Positions 1-16,184 of a DNA stretch of 64,000 bases are shown piece by piece. The position numbers and the translations under genes are program-made. Below the pieces are notes generated by a model that saw only the letters and a list, made by a program, of their open reading frames with translations, did no database searches and was not told where the DNA came from. The DNA is from Chrysomallon squamiferum (Eukaryota; Animalia; Mollusca). How positions within the stretch are numbered: position 1 is the stretch's first letter; each line of letters opens with the position of its first letter. The stretch is from NCBI GenBank assembly GCA_012295275.1, contig CM022675.1, positions 13,578,001 through 13,642,000 on the forward strand, read 5' to 3'.

Positions 1-2220
1 TCATCATCATCATTGTTATAATGTCATTATAATTATCATCATCACATTGTTATATTCATCATCATCATCATTGTTATAATGATTATCATCATCACTGTTA
101 TCATAATCACTATCATCATCATTATTATCATTATTATAATCATCATCATCATTGTTATAATGATTATCATCATCACTGTCATCATAATCACAATCATCTG
201 CACTTTATATCGCGAGAGAATCCACATTAATAAAATTTAATTGAAACGAGTAACCCCCCACCCCACCCGTGTTACACCCGTGTTAAATCAGTGAAATATC
301 AGTGTTTGTACAAAACAGCGACAGTTGACACGGAAGAGCAGAAAATAAAAATAATAATAAAAACAGATCAGCGACTTCACGTCGGGACGAGGTTTGTCAC
401 TTCACTGACGTCTGGTAATGAGAGTCTCGATTCCCAGTTCACTCGAGTTTACTCAGCAAAGTGTTTTTATTTTGCTCACTGACACACAGACGGACGCGGC
501 TGTCACGTGAGGAATAAAGTGAAATAAACATTTTAATTAACAGACGAGACAGAACGAGTTTGACACGCGCGTGTCAACTGTCTGGCGGCTTTTTAATGTT
601 ATTTTGTGTTACGTTGTTAATTTGTGTTTTGTTTTGTTATTCTATGCTATGCTATGCTTTGCTATGCTATGCTATGTTATGTTATGCTATGCTATTTTAT
701 GTTATTTATTCTTTTCTAAATATAAATATATATATTTAGGATTTTAATGGATTAATGCTAAAATATAATTTAAAATTGAAAAACCAACGTTCGTTGAAAA
801 ACCATTGAGAGCAAACTCAGGAATGGGAAATAAATGAAAAAGGGGCCCTCGAAAATATTGATTGTGTTACTTACTCGCCCGTTTCTAACGCTCTAACCCC
901 TGAACCATATTACGTCTTGCGTATGTGACTACGTCACTTAGAGTCAATCGCTGCTGTTATACCCAAAGACATTGCTCTCCATCCGACAGCCGTCAATAAA
1001 CAAAAGACAATATCAATGACTATTGATCCAGGACCGTAATAAATGTTACCAACGGCGCCGTAATGCCGTGCTCGCTGAACGGAACACGACGTCGTCGTTA
1101 CGACTGAAAGAATAAAAAAATGGAATTACCATTACTACGCCGATCACGTCCGCTGTCCGTGTCGTGTTAACAGCGACGTCGACTCGTAAAACTCGCCAAC
1201 CGTCGCCTTGTCTTCTGTTTCACTTCGTCAGATGACGTCACGGGTCACGTGACTGAAAACACGCCGGCCGTTTAGATAATGTGACGTTCGTGCTGGAAGC
1301 ATTACGTAATGACATTCCTGAAATAATAATTTTTATTTATCAAATTACGTTTAACTGTTATTGATACATAGATTTAAAATATATCTTCTCGTGTTGTTTC
1401 TGTTACTAGTGCTGTTTTACTACTTTCAGACTACCACTACTGTTTACTACTACTGCAACTGCTACTACTACTACTACTACTATTACAACTACTGCTAATT
1501 TGATTACTAGTTACAATGAGCACCACTTTTATTATTACTACATTTAGTACAATTATTAATGCTAATATCTCCTATTATTACCATTACGATTACTACTGTT
1601 ATTACTATAAATACAATTATTATTATTATAGCTCCTAGTATTACTGCTGCTGCAACTACAACAACAACAGCTACAAATACTACTACTACTACATATACTC
1701 TATAATTACTGCTCCTGCTACCCCTAATATTATTACTACAGCTACTGGAACATGTACCACCTTCACTACTACTGCTGCTACTATCACTACTACATCCACA
1801 ATAACTACAACAGCCTCTCCTACGACAATTATTATTTTTTTTATTATTATCATCATCATCATCATTATTATTATTATGATTATTATTATTATTATTGTTA
1901 TTATACTACAACTTCTACTACTTACATTACTGATACTACTGCTACTATATTACTACTACGACTACTACTACTACTACTACTACTACTACTGTATTGTTTC
2001 TTTGATACAACGTGTGAGTGAGTGTCTGTTATTTTTAACATGTGTTGCATTGCGTATCAGAGTGTTTAGTGATATTTGTATTTATGTGTATGTGCGGATC
2101 TTGAAAATTGTATATAAATGTTTCGTATGTATAGGTATATATTAATAAATATCTGATTTTATGTGTGCGTATACATTTACATACATACATATATATACAT
2201 ATATATGTATGAATGAATGA

Positions 2221-2262
<42 letters not shown>

Positions 2263-2321
2263 GTGTGTGTGTGTGTGTGTATATATATATAAGTATGTAT
2301 GTATGTGTAGGTGTGTGTTTG

Positions 2322-2367
<46 letters not shown>

Positions 2368-3786
2368 AATGTCTATATATAACTTACACGCTTTAATACA
2401 CATAAAAGTGTATGTGTGTCTATATATATATATATATTGGCGTCTATTTCATGCGTAATGTCTTAAAACGTTTTTATTACGAAAAGCACTATACACAGAC
2501 AGTTTAACAAATGTGAAGTGGGCAGTGAGAGACGTCATAAAGCCAGTATTTGTTGATTGGCTTCAGTTCCTCTGATCTGTTTGACTGCTACTCTGAGTCT
2601 CGGAACATCGATAAACTTTAATCAGCCTCGGAGAAGCGTAACGCGCAAGAAAAACCAGTCTAAGCAGTAAACACAGCGCTGATACTAATAACCGAAATTT
2701 TACAACTTTATCTCTTCTGATTAACTTTATTCTTCTGTCTTTTTCAGTTTGTCTTTCTGTACATCCACCCGTCTTGTCCTACATTTTTCTGTCTCTCTGT
2801 ATATACGTGTTAACTTACATTAGCTGCATTGTGTCTATGTGTAAGCCTGTGTTGTATGTGTGTCTGTAGTTAATATTCTGTTGTCTGATGTACGTCTGAT
2901 TAGACTCTGAACCTAGACAATACTGTGCTGACATACACACTGGCACAAGAGAACAAAGTAACTATCTCTATCTATCGATGTATCTATCTATCTATGCATT
3001 CCCATCTATAAATTCACACATTACACTTTTTAATCAACATGATTTCATTTTTATTTATCAATCCATCTTCCTTTTTATTATTTATCTTTATGTTTCGTCT
3101 TTTCTCTTTTTCTAGCTGTCTGTCTGTCTGTATGTAAAAAAAAAAAATTGTCTTTTATTTTCCTTTTCCTTTTATACACAAATTCTTTCACTTTTTTTTT
3201 TCTCTCCCTCTTCTTTTCTTTATTATTTTCTTTTTATTATTATTATTATTCATCTTTATGTACAAGTTCATATTTAATATAAAATTTATCTACGATGTAA
3301 AAGACCCATTTTCACGATGAATTTTTTTTTTATATCTCTATTCAAGGCGGACGATATTTGTTTTCGCTCTGAATATTTTTATCACTGGCTGTATTCTTTG
3401 TAAGTTTAATGGATGTCGTTAGCTCGGACGCATACTCGATGATAAGAACACAATATTTTACTACCGAGGTCTTAACTCAACTATTTATCATAGTGAAAAA
3501 TACACAGGAAATCCATTACAATGAACTCGTTTTTCTCGAAGCCTATATTTAGTAACAGCCCGGTATTCAACGTACTTTTCGCGCGAAATCAATTTGACCG
3601 GCGCGAGCCGAACAGTCTCATAACTGTGAGTTATCTCGTGATGAGGTGACCCGTGCTGTGACCCCTGGGTGACGCAGAATAATCTCGCATCCAAAACGCT
3701 GACCCGCGATGACGTCACGTAACCTCCTAACCAACAGATCGATGCTGGACTTGATTAGTACTAAAAATGAGACGATTTTTTAATTA

Positions 3787-3820
<34 letters not shown>

Positions 3821-3923
3821 TCAGTTTTTTTTTTAATTATTATTATTTTTTTTTAATCTTTGAAAAGTGTTACAATTTAAAAGTATAAACTATAAAAAAT
3901 GGAGAAAAAATTAATCACTGAGT

Positions 3924-3978
<55 letters not shown>

Positions 3979-5019
3979 GAAATGAAAACGAAATTTATGA
4001 CGACTGACTTTGACGTGATGTAAAACGTACAAGTTATGATACACAGAGATGTAAAACTCGTGTACGCTGTAAAATATATGGATATGTGTAAATTGATGTT
4101 TGTCCGCGTTCGGTCCGGGTTATTGCAGTCACTTCGTCAAAATTCATCTTCTCTGATCTAAGCATCCCATTAGGTAATTGGTTCCGGGAAATTACTTTTA
4201 ACAGAATTTTTATTTATTTATTTTTTATTATTATTATTATTATCTTTATTATTATTTCATTTTTGTTTTTTAATTAATTTTAATTTAATTTAATTTTATA
4301 ATTTATTATAATTATTAGTGGGTTTTTTAACATTATATAAAAAGAAGAAACAAAAAAGAAGAAGAAAAGTCAACTTCTTCTAAACAGTAACGATGGAAGA
4401 AATATTAATTATAATACACACACACACACATACACACATACACACACACACATATACCTATATACGTGCATACACATATACAGCAATGATAATGATGATG
4501 ATAATAATGATAATAACAATAATAATAAATTTATCGATTTTAAATCAACTGCACTAAATTTAATTGTTAAAAAAAACAACAACAAAAAACGAAATCGTAA
4601 AAAGAAACCTTCAAATGGCGGATAATTAATTAAAATAAAATGGCTTCCGAGGTGTGTCAGTTTGGGCAGATAACTCTTTTCGGCTTTCACTCTTTTGTTT
4701 GCCTTTCTGTGGAGTATCTCCTTTTTTTTCTCTCAAATTCTTGAAGTGGTCTTTTTTCGTCCTCACGACGTGGGCAGCAACTCTTCAGCATCGTCGTTGT
4801 CCCTTGTAAGTGGTGGCAACAGCACTTGACTTTGTTCGAAGCTCCTGTAGCAGATTTGTGTGAGAAAAGTCACAAGAGGCAATTTTCTTAAATAAGCGGC
4901 CAGCTTCGAGTAGCAACGTGTTTGGCTGCACTGGCGTCCTCATCGCTGTCGTACTCGGTTCTTAAAGACGTGGGACTCTTTTGTGTGCAGCTAAGTATGG
5001 TGGAAAAGAGACGTGAGTA

Positions 5020-5020
<1 letters not shown>

Positions 5021-5070
<50 letters not shown>

Positions 5071-5468
5071 GTGTATATGTATGTGAGTATGTATGTATGT
5101 ATGTGTGTGTATGTGTGTATGTATGTGTGTGTATGTTAATGGGTGTGGGTGTGTATGTGTGTGTATATGTGTGTATGTTAATGGGTGTGGGTGTGTATGT
5201 GTGTATGTATGTGTGTATGTGTGTACGGGTGTTTGTGTGTGTGTGAGTGTGTTTGTGAGTGTGTGTGTGTAATTTAGGATTTTGAATATTCTCTGCCTTA
5301 TGTACATCTGCAATAGACAATATTCAGGAACACACTGGCGCAGGAGGACAAAGTCCAATCACGACCTCACAAACCCGTCAGATGCCGCTGACGAGACTCG
5401 AACGTGTGGCACCCATTCACCCTGCATTCCGAAGGCGGACAATGTTACCATTCTACCACCGAGACAAC
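5021..5468 (-). mobile_element. tRNA-derived SINE with (CA)/(CATA) microsatellite tail
   Basis: Minus-strand A-box TGGTAGAATGG (5458-5448) and B-box GTTCGAGTC (5403-5395), about 130 nt of unique body, then a simple-repeat tail at 5270-5021. The cloverleaf stems are broken, so it is not a functional tRNA. Confidence 0.65.
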
Positions 5469-5626
5469 CCTTGTATGTATGTGTGTGTATGTATGTATGT
5501 ATGTATGTATGTGTGTATGTATGTATGTATGTATGTATGTATGTATGTATGTATGTATGTATGTATGTATGTATGTATGTATGTATCTGTATATATGTAT
5601 GTGTAGGGACCTTTTCATCAATAACC

Positions 5627-5669
5627 AATATTCAGTTTATAAACTTTTATCTACAAACACATCCACACA

Positions 5670-5718
<49 letters not shown>

Positions 5719-5771
5719 GTCCATATACATACATATAACGTAGAAAAAACTGAGTGTGTATGCATGTGTAA

Positions 5772-5805
<34 letters not shown>

Positions 5806-5926
5806 CATATATATGTATGTATGTATGCATGTATGTATGAGTATGTGTATGTGTATGTGTATGTATATGCACGTATTTGTGTGTATGTGTTTGTGTTTGT
5901 AGAAAAAAGTTTATAAATTGAATATT
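5627..5926. repeat. ~300-bp foldback/MITE-like inverted repeat
   Basis: AATATTCAGTTTATAAACTTTTATCTACAAACAC at 5627 is the reverse complement of GTGTTTGTAGAAAAAAGTTTATAAATTGAATATT ending at 5926; the inner CA and TG tracts also pair. Confidence 0.7.
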
Positions 5927-6714
5927 CAAGAGTTCATGCAGTAAATGATTTTAAATATCAGTTAGCTTGCTGAATAGGCTACTGAAAAAAAAACACGGTT
6001 TGTGACTTTCTCTCTGAGTGTCTGGGTCAAAGAAGAAATATTTTCTTGTTAAGACATGGTTTTCTTTGGCCGTTTTAAAAGAAAAACAAAAATTATGTTA
6101 CTTTGCGGTATCAGTAAAGCCAACTATCTTTAAACGATTAATTTAGTACTTGTAAGAGAGTAGAGAGCACTGGAAGCTAAGCTGCATTCATTTAAAGCAG
6201 TCGCAAGAAATTAAACAGAGTGATTCTCTTTAATAACCAAGAAGTGTGAAACGGTTCATGACAGGAACAAAGGCGAGTTTGAATGTTTATGGAGAGAGAG
6301 AGAAAAATAAATAGCGTTTCACATCTCCGGTCTTCGGGTTTGAACTAACAACTTCCAGAAATCGTGACATTGGATTCCTCATCCAGGATTTGACTGAAAA
6401 GAACTTTCTGGAAAAAAGGACCAAAAAAAAAGTGACGTCGTCTCTGACGTTGAGGAAACCGGCAGACGTCGTTTTGTTGCTTTAACTTCCCGACTAATTC
6501 AAACACAACTTTACTTTCTCGGAAAAAAAAAACAGAGAGAAAAAAGTCACGTGATGTTTTATGACGTTACGGAAACCTCGACTGTTTCTTTAGTTTGCTT
6601 CTGCGACGCTTTCAAAAACTTGGCTTCCTCCTTTTGACCAGATCTCGTGAAAAATCAGACGAGATTTCGCGTTGAGAGGCGATCCTGTCTGAGAACGATG
6701 AAGTCAGGATTAAT

Positions 6715-7133
<419 letters not shown>

Positions 7134-7179
7134 GCAAGCGAACTCAGAACTTTCCGCAGCAGGAACCGCCAAACTGCGA

Positions 7180-7900
7180 TCAATAGAAACTCGCTTTCTC
7201 TTCTCCTCGCTCGGTTTGTTAATAATTTCCACAGAAACAATTATCAGATGACGTCGCGGCCCGAGTGGCTTGCCCAGATTTGATGCCATTTTCAGCATCG
7301 GTCGATTCCGTAATGGGTGACAATTGGTTACCATTAGCAACTCGACATTGAATTGGACGACGTGAATAAATGATTTGCGTAAACGAAAAGACGATCTCAG
7401 AGAGATCTTTAAGTATTTACCGAGTCAAGATCAAACATTTTTGTTTTCTTTCTCGTTTTCTTGTTTGTTTTGTCTGTTTCTTTTTAGCTTTTCCTGCGCC
7501 TTCTTTTTACACATTTGTGTTATGTATGTACAACAAACAAAAAAGTTACTTATATAAAGACAAACACACACACACACACGATCAACAGAAACTCACTTTA
7601 TCTTCTATCGCTCGGTTTGTTAATAATTTCCACAGAAACAATTATCAGATGATATATATATATGTATACACACACCCAGATACATATATAAATTTAAAAA
7701 TCGGTATATACATAATGGGTGACAATTGGTTACCATTACACTCGACATTGAATTGGACGACGTGAATAAATGATTTGCATTATACAAAAGACATACATAA
7801 ATCTTTATATTTACCGAGTCAAGATCAAACATTTTGTTTTACATACATCGTTTTCTTATTTATTTTGTCTGTTTCTACACACATTTCCATGCGCCTTCTT
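7180..7900. repeat. ~400-bp direct duplication, with the second copy interleaved with TA/CA microsatellite
   Basis: Blocks TCGCTCGGTTTGTTAATAATTTCCACAGAAACAATTATCAGATG, TAATGGGTGACAATTGGTTACCATTA and TTTACCGAGTCAAGATCAAACATTTT each occur twice about 400 bp apart. Confidence 0.85.
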
Positions 7901-8026
7901 TTAAAAAATTTATATATGTACACACACAACAAACATACAAAATACATATACATATCTATATATACACACACACACACACACATATATTATACACACACAC
8001 ACATACATATATAAATAAAAATATAT

Positions 8027-8069
<43 letters not shown>

Positions 8070-10538
8070 CATACACATATATACACACACACATATATAT
8101 ACACACACACGCACACACACATACATATATACGTACATACATACATTGACAGACAGACTGACAGACAGATAGATATCGATACAGATATATAGTATCAATA
8201 TAATTAGAATTAGTAGTGTTAATAGTAATAGTAGCAGTTAAAGTAGATATCGTTAGTAATGGTACGATATTGCTGCTGTTGATCTCACTATCAACATTAT
8301 CATCTTTGTCATCATCATAATTATCATTCCATCATTATTAGTCTATTGATGTCGTTGTTGCTATTTTTTTTTTTTTTTTTTTTTTGTTCTTGTTGTTCTT
8401 GTTGTTGATAATGTTGTTATTGCTGCTGTTATTTTTATTACTGTTATCGTCGTTGCTGTTGGTATTTTTTATTATTGTTGTTCTTGATGATGACGATGTT
8501 GTTATTTCTATTGTTGTCCTTATTGCCGTTGCTGCAGTTATTAAATGTGGTTATAGCACGATGTTCGAGTTTACGTATCAAATCATATTCGGGGTAATTC
8601 GGGGTAATTCGGGGTAATTCGGTGACTGCCGGGCGGAAAGACAGACTGAAGGACCTATCACTTTGGGAAATCTCTATCATGGCGGCTTTCTGCTAGACTG
8701 AAAATTGCGCGGCAGGCAACTGCCAGAGATAACAGAAAGAAAGACAGTCTGACCTAAAAACTCATTCCTCGAGCAATTTCTTTTCGCAATTTCCTCAATT
8801 ATCGTTTAGATGTTGCTTCTTTTTTTTTTTTTCTTTTTTTTTTTTTCTTTTTTTATCCTTTTTTTTTCATTTACAGGAAGATCGATTGTTCATCAAAATG
8901 GCTGTTATTAGTCTGAAAACTTCTATTATAATCTCGACAATTCACGCTCGAAGCGAGATTTAGAGGAGAAAAAAAAAAAAAAAAGTAAATTTAAAGTCAG
9001 TCCGATGAATGTACGGAAAGAAGCGAAGCTGAGCGCTGAACGGCTTTCGGGTGTTTTCGGTTATTTTCGGAAGTCTTCGAAAGTATTCTTATGGTAATGA
9101 GAGAAAATTGATATTTCTCATTTTGCAGAAACGGCCGGTGGCTGATTTGAAATAATTATTTTCTTTCTCTGGTGACGTGGAAGTAACTTGTGTGTCAAAA
9201 ACATGCTTACCGGGCAGGAGATATGTTAATGGTTTTATTATTGCTCGCTGAAGAAAATACACATACAGGCCTTTTCTGTAAAAATAAAAATGGCATCATG
9301 TCGCGATTGATTCCGACTTGAACCGGAGAAAAACGAAGATGTCTGTTATAAGCATGGCATTGTTGTACGTCTAATATTTATTTATTTATTTATTTCTATT
9401 AGATTTGTTTTGTTGTTGTTTGTTAATGTGCTGCTATTCATAACTGTGTTATTTTTTTTTTATTGTTGTTAGTCATTATTATTACTATTATTATTATTTA
9501 TTAATTATTATTATTGTTGTTGTTGTTGTTGTTGTTGACAATGTCATAAAATATAGATGCTTTTGCAATAGTCCATTGTTTAAAAAATTTAAAATAAAAT
9601 AAAATTAAACAAAACTGATTCTCAATACTTCCACGTTCAACTCCATTTTGAATTCTCGGTGGAGATAAAAGTAGTAATCTAATTTAAACGAAACGACACA
9701 ATCACTTCCATGCAATTTTACCAAATCCCTGAAATGCATTTTGCATGTAGATTTATAAGGTCAAAACGATCAGAAAAGGAAAAAAAGAAAACACAGAAAA
9801 AAACAACAACAAAAAAAGCAACAAAACATTTCGACAATTTCCATTTACCATGCAAATGAAGGATATAGTTGATAAATTTTTTATTATTTTTAACAAAACA
9901 AACAAAAAAGAAAACAAATGAAAGAAACAAAGGAACTTAAGGTAAAGATAACGAAAATCGCGAAAAGGGAAGAAAGAACGAAATGAAATGAAATTAAGAA
10001 GGAAAGAGAAAAGAAAAAAGGAAAACGCAGAAAACGTTTTAAGAAATTAATTAAAAAACAAATTAATAAATAAAAATAAAGATATAAAGGAACATAAAAG
10101 AAAAACAACAAAGCAAAATGAAGAAATAAAGAAAAAAGAACGAAAGAGAAAAAGACAGAAAGAGAGTTAATGCAACGACATAAAAGTTATCGAGATTTGT
10201 ATTAACTGGTAAAAATCGCGTATTGTGCAAGTTTCCAAAGTTTAGTTTCGTGCGACAAACGGTTCATTGCGGTTCGTAAGCTGATCTCATTATTAACAGC
10301 AGTTTGACGTAAACAGTAGTCCAGCTAATCACTGCATCCATTGACAACTCGTGAGCAAATATTGAGCTAAATTGTAAAGTGTTGGTGTGGTTGTGCAGCC
10401 GATAATAAACTGGTCAGGAGAAATCTCGTCAAAGCCTCCACTCGCTGTTAGATCCGTGACAACTGCAGAGTTCACTTCGTGTATATAGCCGCTTACATAC
10501 CTAACGATTTCAGTTGTGTGTTATTTTATAACACCTAT

Positions 10539-10577
<39 letters not shown>

Positions 10578-10905
10578 TTTCTTACAGTTAGCCCTTTTAC
10601 TGCTACTGATGCTACTACTACTAATATATCTATTGCTACCATTATTATAACTACTGCTACTACTACTACAACTACTGCAACTACTACTGCTACCAAATCA
10701 CTACTACTACTACTGCTTTACTCTACTATTACTGATACTGCTGTTACTACTGTTACTGCGACGACGACTACTACTACGACTACTACTACTACTATTATTG
10801 TTGTTGTTGCTGTTGTTTTGTTGCTGCTGTTGTTGTAATTACTAGCATTACAGTCAATATCATCACCAACACCATACTTACTTATTATTATTATTATTAT
10901 TTTGG

Positions 10906-10937
<32 letters not shown>

Positions 10938-12239
10938 GCTGTAGTTGTTTTCATTTTGGTAATCTAACAAATCATGTAGGTGTGAACACAGCCTTTAGCT
11001 AGACGTCAAGTCGCACTAGATTACTCCAAACTACAAATCCGCATTATGTCGGGAAAAAACTGAACATTTAGGAATTATTTTTCCATTTTTACCCCTCGCT
11101 GTAATTGAGGTCGCCCAGTGAAGTCGGACGCGCATGTCCTTCGCGGTACTCAGGTAATCAGGAAACAGGCCATAGTAAACACCGTGACAGGCCATAAATT
11201 ACAGCGTTTCTACGAGCTTGTATATGAAAATTAACAAGATTTGTATGGTGTCGGTTAATAGCGGTTGTTAGCGAGGTGAACGAGAGAGAGGCTGCCAGTT
11301 TGTGAAGTGAGAGATGATTTTACGTCCTTCACTTGGAACTAGCAAATATTTTTGATCGAAAAAATGTAGTCTGCAGTTTATGTATGTGAGTGTGAATGAG
11401 TAAATACATATTAGTGTGTGTTTGTCTGTCTGTCTCTCTCTGTGTGTGTATGATTGCTTACGAGTGTGTGTTCGTCTATGTGTGAGTGTGTATTTGTTTG
11501 AGTGTGCGCCCGTATGTGTGTGGTTTTATTTATACTTCTTAACGTTCTTTTTTTTTTTTTTTTTTTTTTTTCAATTTTAATTTTAAATATCTCGTATTTG
11601 AGACAATTTGAAATTTACATTAAAAGACGTTTCATATGAGACGTTTGACAGAATATGAATAAAGTTCGTTTGGAAATTACACCAAATTATTTTGTTAGTT
11701 TTGCAAACTGCGTACGCACCCTATCTCTCTGTCGCTCTCTCTCTCTCTCTTTCTTTCTGTCTCTCTCTGTTTCTCTGTTTCTGTCTCTCTCTCTCTGTTT
11801 CTCTGTTTCTGTCTCTCTTTCTGTTTGTGTCTCTGCATCTATCTATCTATCTATTTATCCATCCATCCATCCACCTATATTCTCTATTCTCTCTCTCTCT
11901 TACTACACACTCTCTCAGTCGAAATGGTAAATGACAAAAATCGTGTCACTTTTTTAGGGAATTATATTTTTGCATCTCTCGAGACCTTGAAACTAAAAAA
12001 TATGCCAGTCTCCGATGGTGTTATCAACAGCGCCAACGTAAACACATCCTAATGGGAACATTTCGTATAAAAAGCATTGGCTTATTTTCGAAGGATAAAC
12101 TAAAAGCTTCTTATTAAATTTTTTTTTTTTTTTAAATATATTATTATTATTATTATTATTTTAAAAAAAAATGAAAGCCTGATGCAATATGATAATTACT
12201 TGTTTTTCAAAGCAAATAAAATTTCTTCAGTTTTGTTCT

Positions 12240-12296
<57 letters not shown>

Positions 12297-13030
12297 TGAA
12301 CTAATCTTATTACCATTTAGCAAATTTTCCAAGCGGAATAAAAAATGAAAATAATAAAATAAAATAATATCACAGAATTTCAAAATGAACAACAATATGA
12401 ATGCAAACACTTGACTTTGTATGTTTGGTTTAAGTACACATGTACCGACTTGAGCCGGCTATTTAAATTAACCAGAGTCGTGAAACTTTTATGTTTTCAC
12501 TGTTTTCTTAATCATTTCTAATTAGAATCTGACAATTTCCAAAAACAAAAAATAAAATAATATAAATAAATAAATACATTTTTTGAAATTTAGTTCTTGT
12601 GAACTTGCGCTATATGAGAAAAAAAGAGTAAAATAAAATAACGAGAAAAGATTATATGACAGATGCAGCAACAACAACAACAACAACGCAGTTTTAATAA
12701 CAAACATGACAGCAGCTAGCAACAACAGCAAAGCAGCTACTCTTATTGTCATTACTACTACTACTGCTACTACTACTGCTACTACCTCTACCGTTATTAG
12801 TACCACTGTTACTACTACTATTACTGCAGCTACTGCCAATAATAATAATAATAATAATAACAACAACAACAACAACAATAATCTGTAAATGAACATTCTG
12901 TAAATCCACGTGAATTTTATGAAAATGAGTTTAAAATAAAGAAATGTACAGAAAAGTTTCCACCTAAACTAAACAAATGTAGCTGTTTTTGTTTATTACG
13001 GGGTTTGTGTGTTCAGAGTCTCTTACACAC

Positions 13031-13608
<578 letters not shown>

Positions 13609-15285
13609 AATACAGTAAGGCGGGGACACACTTATATTGCAAAAGTTATATACAGACGAAGTTACTGTTACTGAATGAACATACGAAAGAAGGATTAACG
13701 AATGAAAGAACAAATAAATGAATGAATGAAGAATGAAAGTTTAGCAACAGTATAAAATTTAATATATTGTATATGTCAGATGTACAGGACCGTTTCAATG
13801 TTGAAATTATGATCATGTAGCAACAAGTGATCATCATATGTTTACACCTTCCCAGTGAAAGAAAAAAAAACAAAAAAAGCTGGTACTGAACACTGGTCGA
13901 CAGATACACAGAGATACTACGAGAGATTATTACATCATTCAGAAACAGAAAGTTAAAAGTGTCAAAGTTAAAATAGATTTAGATGGTTACGTCATATGCT
14001 ATCTTCACCCCACCCGCATTAACACCAATTCACCCTACCCACCCACACCCTTTACTTGTCACAGACTACCCCTGAAAAGTCTGACGTCATCTCGAACAGC
14101 CCTCAGTTGTTTCATTAAAGTCGAGGAGAACGAATCGACTTACTCGTGGGCGCAATCCAATCATCGATAGATGTCGTTCGTTGTCGTGAAAACCCGAACT
14201 AGGGCGAAGTCGACTTGCCGGAGACTGCCGAAGGCGCTATTTGTCCTTCATCGTGGATGTAATTCGTGGATGTAAATCGCGAATAATTGTCTGACCGGTG
14301 TAAGAGAGACGAGGCGGTGTTTGTAAAGAGGTGACCTCTGTGTATACGGATTACTGATCTGACTTAACCTCGAAACAGCTCGTCCGAACGTCACGAAGTC
14401 CGTAAGAAAAGATAGGTCAACTCAGCCAATGACCGCGACATCCTTAGTGTTGTATGGTTTATTTATTTATTTATTTACTTATTTCCTTATTTACTTATTT
14501 ACGTTTCGTTTGTTAGTTTTACTGATTTATATATTATATTACAATTATCACTACTACTATTACAAGTACTTATATTGCTACAACCATAGTACCCTCACTA
14601 AGACTATTACTGCTGCTACTACTACCCTATTACTACTACTATTCTACTGCTGCTATTTTATTATTATTATCATTGTCAACATTATCTTCATCATTAGTAT
14701 CATTATCATTCTTTTGAATTTATTTTAATAGCGAGGTAAGAACTGGAAAACGCTTGATGTAATCTCTCTTGTCTGATTACTCGCCTATTTTCCCATTCTA
14801 GTCTTTTGTATATAGAAAACTGGATAAATAAATAAATAAAAATTCCCTTGTTGCTAAATAAAGTTTAGATTTCAGCTCAGTTTGGTATCTAAAATTATTT
14901 ATGAAACAAAATCATTGATTCCAGCTTATTTAATAAACTCAACGTGTGCTTGTATCGTTTGAGTATGTGTGAGTGAACAGAGCAAGTACATATAAAAAAA
15001 TAAAAATAAAATAAAAAATTTAAAAATAAATAATTAAGTTTTGAAGTGAACGAAGCTACATGTGCATGTTACAAATAAACGAAGATTTAGAAAAATATAC
15101 TTTTTAATATAAATAATTAACGTTTATTGTATTTTCCTCTAAAATGCTTGATTCATTCATCATTTTTATTTCTTCCTTTTTTTCTTTTTTTCTTCTTCTT
15201 CTCCTTTATTTTAAATTTGTTTTCTTTCCCCTTCTTATTTTTTTAATTTCTTCATCAATTTCCTTTATTATTATTATTATTATTA

Positions 15286-15331
<46 letters not shown>

Positions 15332-16135
15332 TATTACTATTATTATTGTCGTTGTTGTTGTTGTTGTTGTCGCTGTTGTTGCTGTGTTTTAAGAACACAT
15401 ATGTTTCGCATCGACATTTAATACGATTAAGTTTATTAAATTAAACAAACTTTTAGTTGAACACATTACACTCAGAAAACACAAGTTTCAGAGATATTTT
15501 TAGCAGAGCTGAATTAATCCTAATCAGGGCCTCGAGCAAATAAATACCAGTGGGGCTATTTTAAGGCTAACGACAAAGTAAATTACGCCCTTGTAGCCTA
15601 GTGAACTAAAACCACAGAGTGTACTTTACGAATCATGTGACTGGGTGATGTGCAGAAAATGATGATGTGAACGCTGCTGTAGTAGTCCTATTACTTTTTT
15701 ATGGTAATTAAATAAATGGATGTCTTCTCAGTATAAACAGTTACTGTTGTTGTTACTATTGCCGCTGCTCCTGGTACTACTACTATTACAACGACAACAT
15801 CCAATATTACTAGGAATATTATTGTTGTTATTATTAGTAGTAGTATTAGTAGTAGTGGTAGTAGTAGCATTTATTTATTTATTTATTTATTTATTTGTTA
15901 TTTTCTTCTCTTTTTATTTTTATTTTTTATTTTTTTGTAACCCAGTAAAGTGCACTTTAATTTAATTCTTGGCGCGAGCATATAAAAAAAAAAAAAGATT
16001 AAAAAAATAACAATAAAAATTTCAAAATTCACAGTAAGTGCATTTTAAATGTATTGATCAAATAATAATATAAATTTATTAATATAAAGGAAACGGATAC
16101 AAATAATAATACATGTTATTAAACTTGCCGTTGTT

Positions 16136-16184
<49 letters not shown>

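Noticed and set aside
5385-5468. tRNA gene
   Set aside because: A and B boxes are present, but the acceptor and T stems do not pair and a body and tail follow, so it is called as a SINE.
8588-8623. (TTCGGGGTAA)n as a telomere-like repeat
   Set aside because: Only about 3.5 copies of a 10-mer and not TTAGGG or TTAGG; an ordinary short tandem repeat.
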